From positions 3,341 through 67,340 of the forward strand of contig NZ_JBFNEH010000002.1 in NCBI RefSeq assembly GCF_040797425.1: 64,000 nucleotides of DNA, given 5' to 3'. The position numbers and the translations under genes were made by a program. This DNA comes from Symbiobacterium sp. GTDB lineage: Bacteria; Bacillota; Sulfobacillia; Symbiobacteriales; Symbiobacteriaceae. Within the stretch, counting starts at the first letter, position 1, and the number at the start of each line of letters is the position of its first letter. The notes beneath the pieces are model-generated. The model saw nothing but the letters and a program-made list of their open reading frames with translations, was not told the origin of the DNA and did not search any database. Shown here one piece after another: positions 40,001-47,426 of this stretch.

Positions 40001-40407
40001 GGGAATCCCTGGCCTGGCTGCCCCTGGAGGCGACGGTGGGCCTGGGCGAAATCAAGGTGACCACCCGTGTCCCCCGGCTGGTGCGGAACCAGACCGGAAC
40101 GGTGGTGCTGGAGCTCAGGGACAAGGCCACCGGGGAGCCGGTGGACGGTGTGGTCACCGTGGACGGGCGCCGCTACCGGAGCCGTGGCGGGCAGGTGACG
40201 GTGACGGTGAAGCCCGTGCTGTCGGTGCATACCCTGCAGGTTGAGGCAGACCTGCCGGGCTACCAGTTCTACACCGCAACGCTGCGGCTGCCGGTGCAGG
40301 ACGCATGGCTCAGCCACCCCACCGGCACCGAGCCGGAGACGGAGTACGAGGCATGGCGCAGCCGGGCCGGCTGGCTCCTGGACCAGCGCCTGAGGAGGGA
40401 GGACTGA
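37054..40407 (+). CDS. Large subtilase (S8) serine protease with a tripeptidyl-peptidase-II-like Asp-His insertion
   Basis: Catalytic triad contexts IAVIDSGVD (Asp ~148), GHGTQVAG (His ~320), [16 protein letters not shown] (Ser). N-terminal membrane anchor plus a Pro/Ala/Asp-rich linker, and a C-terminal beta-rich domain of about 550 aa. Starts 4 nt after the SLH gene stop. Confidence 0.9.
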   Translation: MQRSVRWAARLALVVLLAGLLVDLPPSGRPVTGAGPAEVAPAGEQPAETDPAEPDATGSDAAPPPAVSGAADAQADAGQAIPPDAAAVVEGADEPVATPKPALPPPDDAGATADPGGRMAVNLAAAGIPAFRASRGVDGTGVTIAVIDSGVDPSHPDLQVTPDGRRKLVDWKDFTGEGRVTTDRVVPWGQQYTAPDGRTFTLPAARSAGGTARFGYWDESKVPGLINRDLDRNGFTTDRFGVLLLDPETPGRFTQVYVDTDNDGDFRDEQPLAVFREGGGWARLGRYRSGAAAERQLAFVVADIDPAGGSVQFGFDSLGHGTQVAGVAAAHGEGGLNGAAPGAQLMALKVLNSQDSGSWFAVREAIAYAARQGAQVINVSLGGLAVSATYDSEASAWLSQVARQYGVLILLAADNSGPGLSSGATVGSANELMTIGAYYSPEMWQRDYGYTVSEETVWWRSGMGPRSDGAYIPSLVAPGGSPAPSPRWLHPEGYTTAVGTSIAVPHVAGAAALMLEAARRDGLPQDGGSLKRALESGARALAGLEPYEQGSGLLDVGAAYAALGRLQPVPALTTAMAGGGEGLLARSYQPGSDAFVLTNPTNRPVQVEIASTADWVRPALRAAVIPAGQSRVVSLSLNPPSAPGVHSAYVIIRDPDQEIPIMRIPVTFVRPQVTAEGPAAYQWSDQLSPARYRRFFVEVKPGTTKMAVSARVGTGADGAPLGAVQVQVFRPDGYLVYRSEEIGFQGQGLSARFETPDPVAGVWEVVVVALPRAAAAGDVTPYQLQAELGAVVSALPLRYALPTGDEVAGSATVRNPGLAFTGRAVAHGLTEQDLSLPWQVVRQVGRIDEFTLATGAARLRLEIANLLPASARVRLWLYRYERGQGWQPYWQASSGSGGGQHIELQNVPPGYYQVFVLYDGAIPHDLLYQYRRLVAVEAFGIGSRDQVARHERSSTWNVPLTFYTPVTPGRYHGYVILVDESTGESLAWLPLEATVGLGEIKVTTRVPRLVRNQTGTVVLELRDKATGEPVDGVVTVDGRRYRSRGGQVTVTVKPVLSVHTLQVEADLPGYQFYTATLRLPVQDAWLSHPTGTEPETEYEAWRSRAGWLLDQRLRRED

Positions 40408-40409
40408 GC

Positions 40410-40847
40410 ATGGAAGCGACCCTGCGAGTGCGCATGTCGGCCAAAGACGCCCACTACGGCGGAAACCTGGTGGACGGGGCCCGCATCCTGGGCCTCTTCG
40501 GCGACGTGGCGACGGAACTGCTCATCCGCCACGACGGCGACGAGGGGCTCTTCGTCGCTTACGACTCGGTGGTCTTCAAGGCGCCGGTCTTCGCCGGCGA
40601 CTTCCTGGAGGTACGGGGGCGCATCACCCGCGTGGGCAACACCTCCCGGGGCATGTCCTTCCAGGCCTACAAGGTGATCGCCGCCGATCCGACGCCCGAG
40701 CAGCCTTCCCGGGCGCGGGTGCTGCCCGAGCCGGTGCTGGTGGCCGAAGCCTCCGGCACCTGCGTGGTACCGAAGCCGTTCCAGCGCGGGGCCGCCTCCG
40801 GGGAGGGCGGCGTCGGTGCGCCGGGCGGGGACGGCGGAAGGGGGTAG
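40410..40847 (+). CDS. kal: 3-aminobutyryl-CoA ammonia-lyase (hotdog fold)
   Basis: [63 protein letters not shown] is typical of Kal. Lies directly upstream of kce. ATG is 2 nt after the protease stop, behind GGAGGGAGG. Confidence 0.7.
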   Translation: MEATLRVRMSAKDAHYGGNLVDGARILGLFGDVATELLIRHDGDEGLFVAYDSVVFKAPVFAGDFLEVRGRITRVGNTSRGMSFQAYKVIAADPTPEQPSRARVLPEPVLVAEASGTCVVPKPFQRGAASGEGGVGAPGGDGGRG

Positions 40848-40852
40848 CCGCG

Positions 40853-41674
40853 GTGGAGAAGCTGATCATCACCGTGGCGCTGAACGGCGCCGAGGTCACC
40901 CGGGCCAAGAATCCGAACATCCCGTACACGCCCGAGGAGCTGGCCGAAGACGCCGCCCGCTGCCGGGACGCAGGCGCCGCAATGGTGCACGTGCACGGGC
41001 GGCTGCCCGACGGCACCCCGACCCAGGACGCGGGCGTCTACCAGCGGATCCTGGAGGCCATCCGGGCCCGAACCGACGTGATCGTGCAGGTCTCCACCGG
41101 CGGCGCGGTGGGTATGGGCGCGGAGGAACGGCTGGCGCCCGTGCGGCTGCGGCCGGAGATGGCGAGCCTCACCACCGGCACCGTGAACTTCGGCGACTCC
41201 GTCTTCAGCAACCCGCCGGACCTGATCGAGCAGTTCGCCCGCACGATGCGCGATTACGGCGTGGTGCCCGAGATCGAATGCTTCGATGTGGGGCACATTG
41301 ATAACGCCCTTGCGCTGGTGAAGCGGGAGATTCTCACGCTGCCGCTCCATTTCGACTTCGTGATGGGCGTCTCGGGCGGCATCGCCCCCACGGTCCGCAA
41401 CCTGGTGCACATGAGCGAGTCGCTTCCGCCCGGCTGCACCTGGTCGGTGGCGGGCATCGGACGGGCCCAGCTGCCCCTGGCCACTGTGGCCATCGTGATG
41501 GGCGGCCACGTGCGGGTGGGGTTGGAGGACAACCTTTACTATACCCGCGGGGTCCCGGCCACCAACGCGATGCTGGTAGAGCGCATCGTGCGCCTTGCGC
41601 GCGAGCTGGGCCGGGAGGTGGCCACGCCGGAAGAGGCCAGAAGGATATTGCGGTTGCCCCAGCGAAGGTCATAA
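40853..41674 (+). CDS. kce: 3-keto-5-aminohexanoate cleavage enzyme (BKACE/DUF849)
   Basis: MEKLIITVALNGAEVTRAKNPNIPYTPEELAEDA..MVHVH..VQVSTGG is typical of the BKACE family. Paired with kal. Confidence 0.85.
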   Translation: MEKLIITVALNGAEVTRAKNPNIPYTPEELAEDAARCRDAGAAMVHVHGRLPDGTPTQDAGVYQRILEAIRARTDVIVQVSTGGAVGMGAEERLAPVRLRPEMASLTTGTVNFGDSVFSNPPDLIEQFARTMRDYGVVPEIECFDVGHIDNALALVKREILTLPLHFDFVMGVSGGIAPTVRNLVHMSESLPPGCTWSVAGIGRAQLPLATVAIVMGGHVRVGLEDNLYYTRGVPATNAMLVERIVRLARELGREVATPEEARRILRLPQRRS

Positions 41675-41730
41675 AGGTTAACGATGGGCACTTGTACGGG
41701 ACCGGTAGTGGCACCGAAGGGGGTGTGGCG

Positions 41731-42372
41731 ATGGTGCTCATCCCGACCAGCGTGACGGTGGCGCTGCGCTGCCCGCAGTGCGGGCAGCTGGAGCTGGTGG
41801 AACTCTCACGCTTCGCGCTGGGGCAGGACGGGTCACAGCGGCTCACGTGCACCTGCGGCCGCCACCTGCTCACGGTGGGGGTGCGGCGCCGTCAGGTGTG
41901 GATGCAGGTGCCCTGCTACCTGTGCGACGGCACCCACTTCCAGTACTTCACCCCCGCGGAGTTCTGGAACCCGGCCCTCAAGCAGATCCTCTGCGCCGAG
42001 ACCGACCTGCAGTTGGGCGTTCTGGGCGGCGAGGCGGCGGTGGTGGAGTACGTCCGCCCCGACATGAGCGACCTGGAGCGCATCCTGGACGATGCGGCCT
42101 TCGACGAGTTTTTCGACGAGCCGGCCATCATGTACCAGGTGCTGAACCAGGTGCAGGAGCTGAACGCCGAGGGCCATCTCCACTGCCGGTGCGGCAGCCG
42201 GGACATCCGGGTGAACGTGTTTCCGGACCGCCTGGAGCTCATCTGCGCGGACTGCGGGCGCGAGCGGTCGGTGCCGGCCACGTCGGAGCGTGACCTGGAC
42301 CTGCTGCTCTGCGCGACCCACCTGGAGGTCGGCGGCGAGTCGCCGTCCAGGCGCAGCGGGCGCAAGAAGTGA
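41731..42372 (+). CDS. Hypothetical protein with two zinc-ribbon-like Cys clusters
   Basis: CPQCG..CTCG, CYLCDG, and CRCG..CADCG. ATG 41731 follows GAAGGGGGTG. Coding-like GC3. Confidence 0.6.
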   Translation: MVLIPTSVTVALRCPQCGQLELVELSRFALGQDGSQRLTCTCGRHLLTVGVRRRQVWMQVPCYLCDGTHFQYFTPAEFWNPALKQILCAETDLQLGVLGGEAAVVEYVRPDMSDLERILDDAAFDEFFDEPAIMYQVLNQVQELNAEGHLHCRCGSRDIRVNVFPDRLELICADCGRERSVPATSERDLDLLLCATHLEVGGESPSRRSGRKK

Positions 42373-42387
42373 GAGAGGAGCGTCGCC

Positions 42388-43038
42388 ATGAAGCTGTTCA
42401 TCGACACCGCCAACGTGGCTGAAATCCGTGAGGTGGCCTCCTGGGGCGTGCTGAGCGGCGTGACCACGAACCCGTCCCTGGTCGCCAAGGAAGGGCGCGA
42501 CTTCATGCAGGTGTTGCGCGAGATCCTGGAGATCGTGGACGGCCCCATCAGCGCCGAGGTAGTGAGCCTCACGGCCGACGAGATGGTCGAGGAGGCAAAG
42601 CAGTACTACGAGCTGCACAAGAACATCGTGATCAAGCTGCCGGTGACGGCCGAGGGGCTCAAGGCCTGCAGCCGGCTGAGCGCCAAGGGCGTGCGCTGCA
42701 ACATGACCCTGGTCTTCAGCCCGAACCAGGCTCTGCTCTGCGCCCGGGCCGGCGCCGCCTTCGTCTCGCCCTTCGTGGGGCGCCTCGACGACATCTCCAC
42801 CGACGGCATCCAGCTGATCCGGGACATCGCCGAGATCTTCGATGTGCACGCCATCGAGACGGAGATCATCGCCGCCTCGATCCGCACGCCGGGGCAGGTG
42901 GTGGAGTGCGCCAAGGCGGGCGCCCACATCGCCACCATTCCGCCGAAGGTCTTCCATCAGATGCTGAAGCACCCGCTTACCGACATCGGCATCGAGCGCT
43001 TCCTGAAGGACTGGGAGGCCGCCCGGGGCAAGGTGTAA
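42388..43038 (+). CDS. tal: Transaldolase / fructose-6-phosphate aldolase (short type 3B)
   Basis: [23 protein letters not shown], and Schiff-base Lys context NIVIKLPVT. 216 aa. Confidence 0.92.
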   Translation: MKLFIDTANVAEIREVASWGVLSGVTTNPSLVAKEGRDFMQVLREILEIVDGPISAEVVSLTADEMVEEAKQYYELHKNIVIKLPVTAEGLKACSRLSAKGVRCNMTLVFSPNQALLCARAGAAFVSPFVGRLDDISTDGIQLIRDIAEIFDVHAIETEIIAASIRTPGQVVECAKAGAHIATIPPKVFHQMLKHPLTDIGIERFLKDWEAARGKV

Positions 43039-43289
43039 CCCTGCACTTGATGAGAGGCACACAGACCCCGCCGCCCGTAAGAGGAGCGGCGGGGTCCTGC
43101 GCGCTTGCGGCTCCTGCGGTGCAGGGGGTTTCCTGCCCTCCCCTGCCACCTTTCTACCAATAGATTCGGTCAATTCCGTCACGTGGCAGAATCTATAACG
43201 AGCCCGTCCCCCTCCCTAGTAGAATGGGAAGTGGAGTTCGCTGCTGCTCACGAAAGGGGAGGGAAGCGCAGTTGGAGAGGGAACTCGCA

Positions 43290-44252
43290 ATGGATCTGGT
43301 CCGGGTAACGGAAGCGGCGGCCCTGTCCTGTGCGCGGTGGATGGGGCGCGGCGACAAGAAACTGGCGGACCAGATGGCGGTGGACGCCATGCGGGCCGGC
43401 TTCGACACGGTGAACATCGACGGCGTGGTGGTGATCGGGGAGGGCGAGATGGACGAGGCGCCCATGCTCTACATCGGCGAGCAGGTGGGCGCCGGCGGCA
43501 TCGCCGCCGACGTGGCAGTGGACCCCGTTGAAGGGACGAACCTGGTGGCCAAGGGGCTGAACGGGGCGATCGCGGTGGTCGCACTGGCGCCCCGTGGGCA
43601 CCTCCTGCACGCACCGGATATGTATATGGAGAAGATCGCGGTCGGCCCCAGCGCCCGGGGGTGCATTGACATCACCGCGTCCATCACCGCCAACCTGCGG
43701 TGGGTGGCCCGGGCCAAGGGGAAGGACGTGAGCGACCTGACGGTGGTGATCCTGGACCGGGACCGGCACCGGGCGATGATCCAGGAGTGCCGGGAGGCCG
43801 GCGCCCGCATCAAGCTGATCTCCGACGGCGACGTGGCCCCGGCGGTGGCGGCGGCGATTGAGGAGACCGGCGTGGACATGCTGCTGGGCATCGGCGGCGC
43901 GCCGGAAGGCGTGCTGGCCGCGGCGGCCCTCAAGTGTCTGGGCGGCGACATGCAGGCCCGGCTGAAGCCAATGAACGAGGAGGAGTACGCCCGCTGTAAG
44001 GCGATGGGCCTGAGCGACCCGAACCAGGTGCTGCTGCTGGACGACCTGGTGAAGGGCGACGACGTCTTCTTCGCCGCCACGGGCATCACCGATGGCGAGC
44101 TTCTGAGGGGCGTGCGCTACTCTGGCCAGAACCGGGCCCAGACGCACTCCATTGCCCTGCGGGGCAAGACCGGCACCCTGCGCTTTATTGAGGCCTATCA
44201 CCAGCTGGACCGCAAGCCCGACTGGTACCGGCCCCGGCTGGCGGCCCGCTGA
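43290..44252 (+). CDS. glpX: Fructose-1,6-bisphosphatase class II
   Basis: [62 protein letters not shown] 43290 follows GGAGAGGGA. Confidence 0.92.
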   Translation: MDLVRVTEAAALSCARWMGRGDKKLADQMAVDAMRAGFDTVNIDGVVVIGEGEMDEAPMLYIGEQVGAGGIAADVAVDPVEGTNLVAKGLNGAIAVVALAPRGHLLHAPDMYMEKIAVGPSARGCIDITASITANLRWVARAKGKDVSDLTVVILDRDRHRAMIQECREAGARIKLISDGDVAPAVAAAIEETGVDMLLGIGGAPEGVLAAAALKCLGGDMQARLKPMNEEEYARCKAMGLSDPNQVLLLDDLVKGDDVFFAATGITDGELLRGVRYSGQNRAQTHSIALRGKTGTLRFIEAYHQLDRKPDWYRPRLAAR

Positions 44253-44533
44253 AGCATGATTCCCCCGCTCCTGGCATAGACCTGTCCCTGACGGGATGGG
44301 GGTGGACGGAACTTGGCACTGCGGTGGGCTTCACAGAAGCCGGAACCGGACGGGCGACGAGCGGGCGCATGGCTGCTGGCGCTCGTTCTGGTGCTGGGCG
44401 CCGGTTACCTGGGCTGGCTGCAGGCGGTACAGGGCAAGCCGGCCCCCCATGGCGGGCAGCGGGATGGGCGCCCGCCGGCCGAGGACCCGTACCCGCCGGC
44501 CCGGGGCGGTCTGCTCGCCGGTGGGGTGGCGCA

Positions 44534-44600
44534 GCTATCCACCGAAGTTTCCACAGCGATGTTCGACTTACCCACAATATCCACAGCCCGCTGTTGATAA
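44534..44600. promoter_or_regulatory. Cluster of DnaA-box-like 9-mers in a convergent intergenic spacer
   Basis: CTATCCACC (44534), GTTTCCACA (44547), TTACCCACA (44568) directly abutting ATATCCACA (44577), and inverted TGTTGATAA (44592). Against TTATNCACA these have 2, 2, 1, 1 and 1 mismatches respectively. Confidence 0.4.
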
Positions 44601-44727
44601 ATTTTCGTACAACATGGCATGAGTTACCGTAGGCAAAAGGACTATGCACTTCATGGTTAAGGCCATCTCATTTCTCGGACGCGGTCCGGAACCGCCGGCG
44701 GCATACCCGTCGTGGCGAATCATGTCG

Positions 44728-44768
44728 AAAAACGACGAGACCCCCGGGGACGGTCCCCCGGGGTTCTC
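44728..44768 (-). terminator. Rho-independent terminator of penicillin-acylase gene 1
   Basis: On the minus strand: GAGAACCCCGGGGGAC-c-GTCCCCGGGGGTCTC followed by GTCGTTTTTCG. Confidence 0.7.
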
Positions 44769-44792
44769 GCCCGCCAGACCCGGACCGGCCGG

Positions 44793-47351
44793 TCAGTTGG
44801 CCGGCAGCAGCCGCAGCGCGCGGCCTGAGGTGTAGCTGGTGAAGTTGCGGCGCACCAGTTCCCCCCGCTGGTGGAGGGCCGACTGGTCGTCGTAGTGCGG
44901 GCTGAGGAAGTGGCCCGCCTGGCCGGGGGTCACGACGGAGCGGCTGTTGCCGGCGGGGTCCGCCAGGTCCACCACCTGTCGCCAGGGGGCGAAGGTGCGC
45001 ACCATGCCGTCGGCCCCGAAGGACATGTTGCCCACCGTCACGCCGCTGCCGCCCACAGGGTAGCGGGAGGGGTTGAAGAGCCAGCCCAGCGGCGTCGCCG
45101 CCGCCCCCACCGGGTGGGGCGGCTGCAACCGGTGGTACTTGCCCCACGCCCAGCGGGAGGGGTCCTTCCCCTGCAGGGCGACGGCGCGGTCGACGGCTGC
45201 CAGGAAGGAGTCCACGGCCAGGCGGTCGAGCCCGCCCGCGGCCTCGACCCAGTCGTTCGGGCGGCCGGCGGCGGCGTCCAGCAGCGCCATGTCGGTCACG
45301 TTGCCCTTGTCGGCCATGCGGCGGTAGAGCGCCTCACCCATCAGCGGCTCGTAGAGCCGGCGCGTCAGCTCGTCCCACCAGAAGTGCCAGACGAGCGGGG
45401 CACCCTGGTCGGCGCTGTCCACCCGGTCCCACGCCTTCAGAAGCTCCAGGGCCGACCGGGCCGGCTCGGCGAGTTCCGCCCGCTCCACGGGCGGCAGCAG
45501 CACCGGCAGCAGGGTGCGGGCGTGCAGGTTGGCGTAGTCTGCCTGCATGGCCTGCATGTCGTCCGCGGTGAGGTCGCCCTTCTTCTGCTCGATCATCTCC
45601 ACGATGCGTATGGCCCGGTAGGGCTGGGACCAGGAATGGGTCAGGAAGTAGGGATAGGCGTCATCAATGACCTTGTTGTTGGCGGTGACGATGTATCCCT
45701 CCGGTGGGTTCACGGCCTCGGGCATCTCCTCGAAGGGGATGAAGCCGACCCATTCGTACTCGTCGGTCCAGCCCGGCACGGGCAGCAGGCCGTCGCCCTG
45801 GCGCCGGATGGGCACCAGCCCGCCGGCGCGGTAGGCAATGGTGCCGTCCACGTCGGCGTAGACGAAGTTCTGAGTGGGCACGTGGAACGATCGCAGGGCC
45901 TCCCGGAACTCCTCCCAGTCCCGCGCTTTCGGGAAGAGCAGCACGGCCTCCAGTTCAGGCGTGGGCATGTGGGCGGTCCACTTCAGGGCCAGGGCCTCCG
46001 CCGGACGGTTGTCGGGGTCGCCCACCACCTCCGAGATGATGGGTCCGTGCCGGGTGACCACCACCTCGAACGGGACGGGGTCCTGCCCCTTCACCAGGAT
46101 CAGTTCCCGGTGGACCGTTGCGTCCTCCCACCGGCCCATGTACTCGAACTGGTAGGGGTTGTCGGGGTTGCGCCGCTCGATGTAGAGGTCCTGCACGTCC
46201 GGATTGGTGTTGGTCACGCCCCAGGCGATGCGGTCGTTCTGCCCAATGACGATGCCGGGCGCGCCGGGGAACATCACGCCGTAGGCGTTGATTTGCCCTT
46301 CGATCACCAGGTGCTGCTCGTACCAGATGGACGGAGTGCGCGCGCCCAGGTGCGGGTCGTTGGCCAGCAGGGGTTTGCCGGTGCGGGTGAGGTCGCCGGC
46401 CACCACCCAGTTGTTGGAGCCCCGCCCCTCGTCGGGGACGGGCAGCAGGGCCAGCAGTTCGGAGAGGTCAAGGGTGGAGCCAGGCCGGGCGGCACCGAGC
46501 CGCGCACCACCGTCCACAGCGGCGCCGGCCAGGGAGCCGCCGGTCGTGGCGGCACCGTCTCGGTCAATGCCCGTTGCAGGCGCGGCGGCGGTCGGTGCGC
46601 CGGGGCCTACCGGGTCCGTGAACCCCTCCGGACGGTAGCGGATCATGGTGATACCGTCTTCGGGATAGACGGGCATGAGCTGGTTCGCCAGGTCCTCGCC
46701 CACCTGGTTGCGCAGCTGTAGCCGGTAGACTTCCGCCGCGAAGTTGCCGCCCAGGTCGTAGGCCATGAGCTTGCCGATGAGAGCCGAGTCGACGGGCGTC
46801 CACGGCTCGGGCTTGTACCCGAGCAGGGTGAACTCCACGGGCAGGCGGTTCTGGGCGGTGGCCTCGGCGATGAACGCGTTCACGCCAGCGGCGTATGCCT
46901 CGAGCAGTTCCATGGCCCAAGGGCTGTGGGATTGCACCGAAACCTCGGCGGCCCGCCGCAGGTTCAGGGCCCGGAAGAGCTTGTCCGACTCCAGCTGGCT
47001 CGGGCCGATCACCTCGGCCAGGCGGCCGGCCGCGGCCCGCCGGGTCAGATCCATCTGGAAGAGCCGGTCCTGGGCTACCACGTAGCCCTGGGCCATGTAA
47101 AGGTCGTGTTCGTTTTGGGCCACGATGTGGGGCACGCCCCACTCGTCCCGGTACACCGTGACCGGCGCGCGCAGCCCGGGCAGCTGGAGCTCGCCGCGGG
47201 TAACGGGCAGGCTCCGCCTGGCGAAGGCGTAGCCGCCCGCCAGGGCGACCAGCAGCACCGCCACCAGGGCCAGCGCCGTGTAGCCCAACCATCGGGCCAG
47301 TCTGCGCGCCGCTGTGCGCGGCCGGCGCGCTCTCTGTGGTGTGACAGCCAT
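44793..47351 (-). CDS. Penicillin/AHL acylase family (Ntn hydrolase, S45) protein
   Basis: N-terminal anchor; WGVPHIVAQNEHDLYMAQGYVVAQDRLFQMD; Ala/Gly-rich spacer, then the beta-chain start GSNNWVVAGDLTRTGKPLLANDPHL with Ser nucleophile. Confidence 0.9.
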   Translation of the reverse strand: MAVTPQRARRPRTAARRLARWLGYTALALVAVLLVALAGGYAFARRSLPVTRGELQLPGLRAPVTVYRDEWGVPHIVAQNEHDLYMAQGYVVAQDRLFQMDLTRRAAAGRLAEVIGPSQLESDKLFRALNLRRAAEVSVQSHSPWAMELLEAYAAGVNAFIAEATAQNRLPVEFTLLGYKPEPWTPVDSALIGKLMAYDLGGNFAAEVYRLQLRNQVGEDLANQLMPVYPEDGITMIRYRPEGFTDPVGPGAPTAAAPATGIDRDGAATTGGSLAGAAVDGGARLGAARPGSTLDLSELLALLPVPDEGRGSNNWVVAGDLTRTGKPLLANDPHLGARTPSIWYEQHLVIEGQINAYGVMFPGAPGIVIGQNDRIAWGVTNTNPDVQDLYIERRNPDNPYQFEYMGRWEDATVHRELILVKGQDPVPFEVVVTRHGPIISEVVGDPDNRPAEALALKWTAHMPTPELEAVLLFPKARDWEEFREALRSFHVPTQNFVYADVDGTIAYRAGGLVPIRRQGDGLLPVPGWTDEYEWVGFIPFEEMPEAVNPPEGYIVTANNKVIDDAYPYFLTHSWSQPYRAIRIVEMIEQKKGDLTADDMQAMQADYANLHARTLLPVLLPPVERAELAEPARSALELLKAWDRVDSADQGAPLVWHFWWDELTRRLYEPLMGEALYRRMADKGNVTDMALLDAAAGRPNDWVEAAGGLDRLAVDSFLAAVDRAVALQGKDPSRWAWGKYHRLQPPHPVGAAATPLGWLFNPSRYPVGGSGVTVGNMSFGADGMVRTFAPWRQVVDLADPAGNSRSVVTPGQAGHFLSPHYDDQSALHQRGELVRRNFTSYTSGRALRLLPAN

Positions 47352-47426
47352 AATTCAACCCCCACACAGCGAATGGTGGGGGTTGTATTCGACGCGATTT
47401 TCCCATCTACCTGTAAACTCTGATGG

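Noticed and set aside
40200-40409. Search for a second sigma-54 promoter in front of kal-kce. Other TGGCAC occurrences are at about 16514, 22864, 41706 and 44315.
   Set aside because: None of these has a TTGC(A/T) element at the correct 4-5 nt spacing. Only the site at 5711-5726 fits the -24/-12 consensus.
44313-44597. A 94-aa ORF with one TM-like helix (AWLLALVLVLGAGYLGWL) in the glpX/acylase spacer.
   Set aside because: It has only a TTG start without an RBS. GC3 bias fades in its 3' third, which is the AT-rich DnaA-box patch. Other frames give equally long ORFs. It is kept as a remark in the spacer finding, not as a gene.
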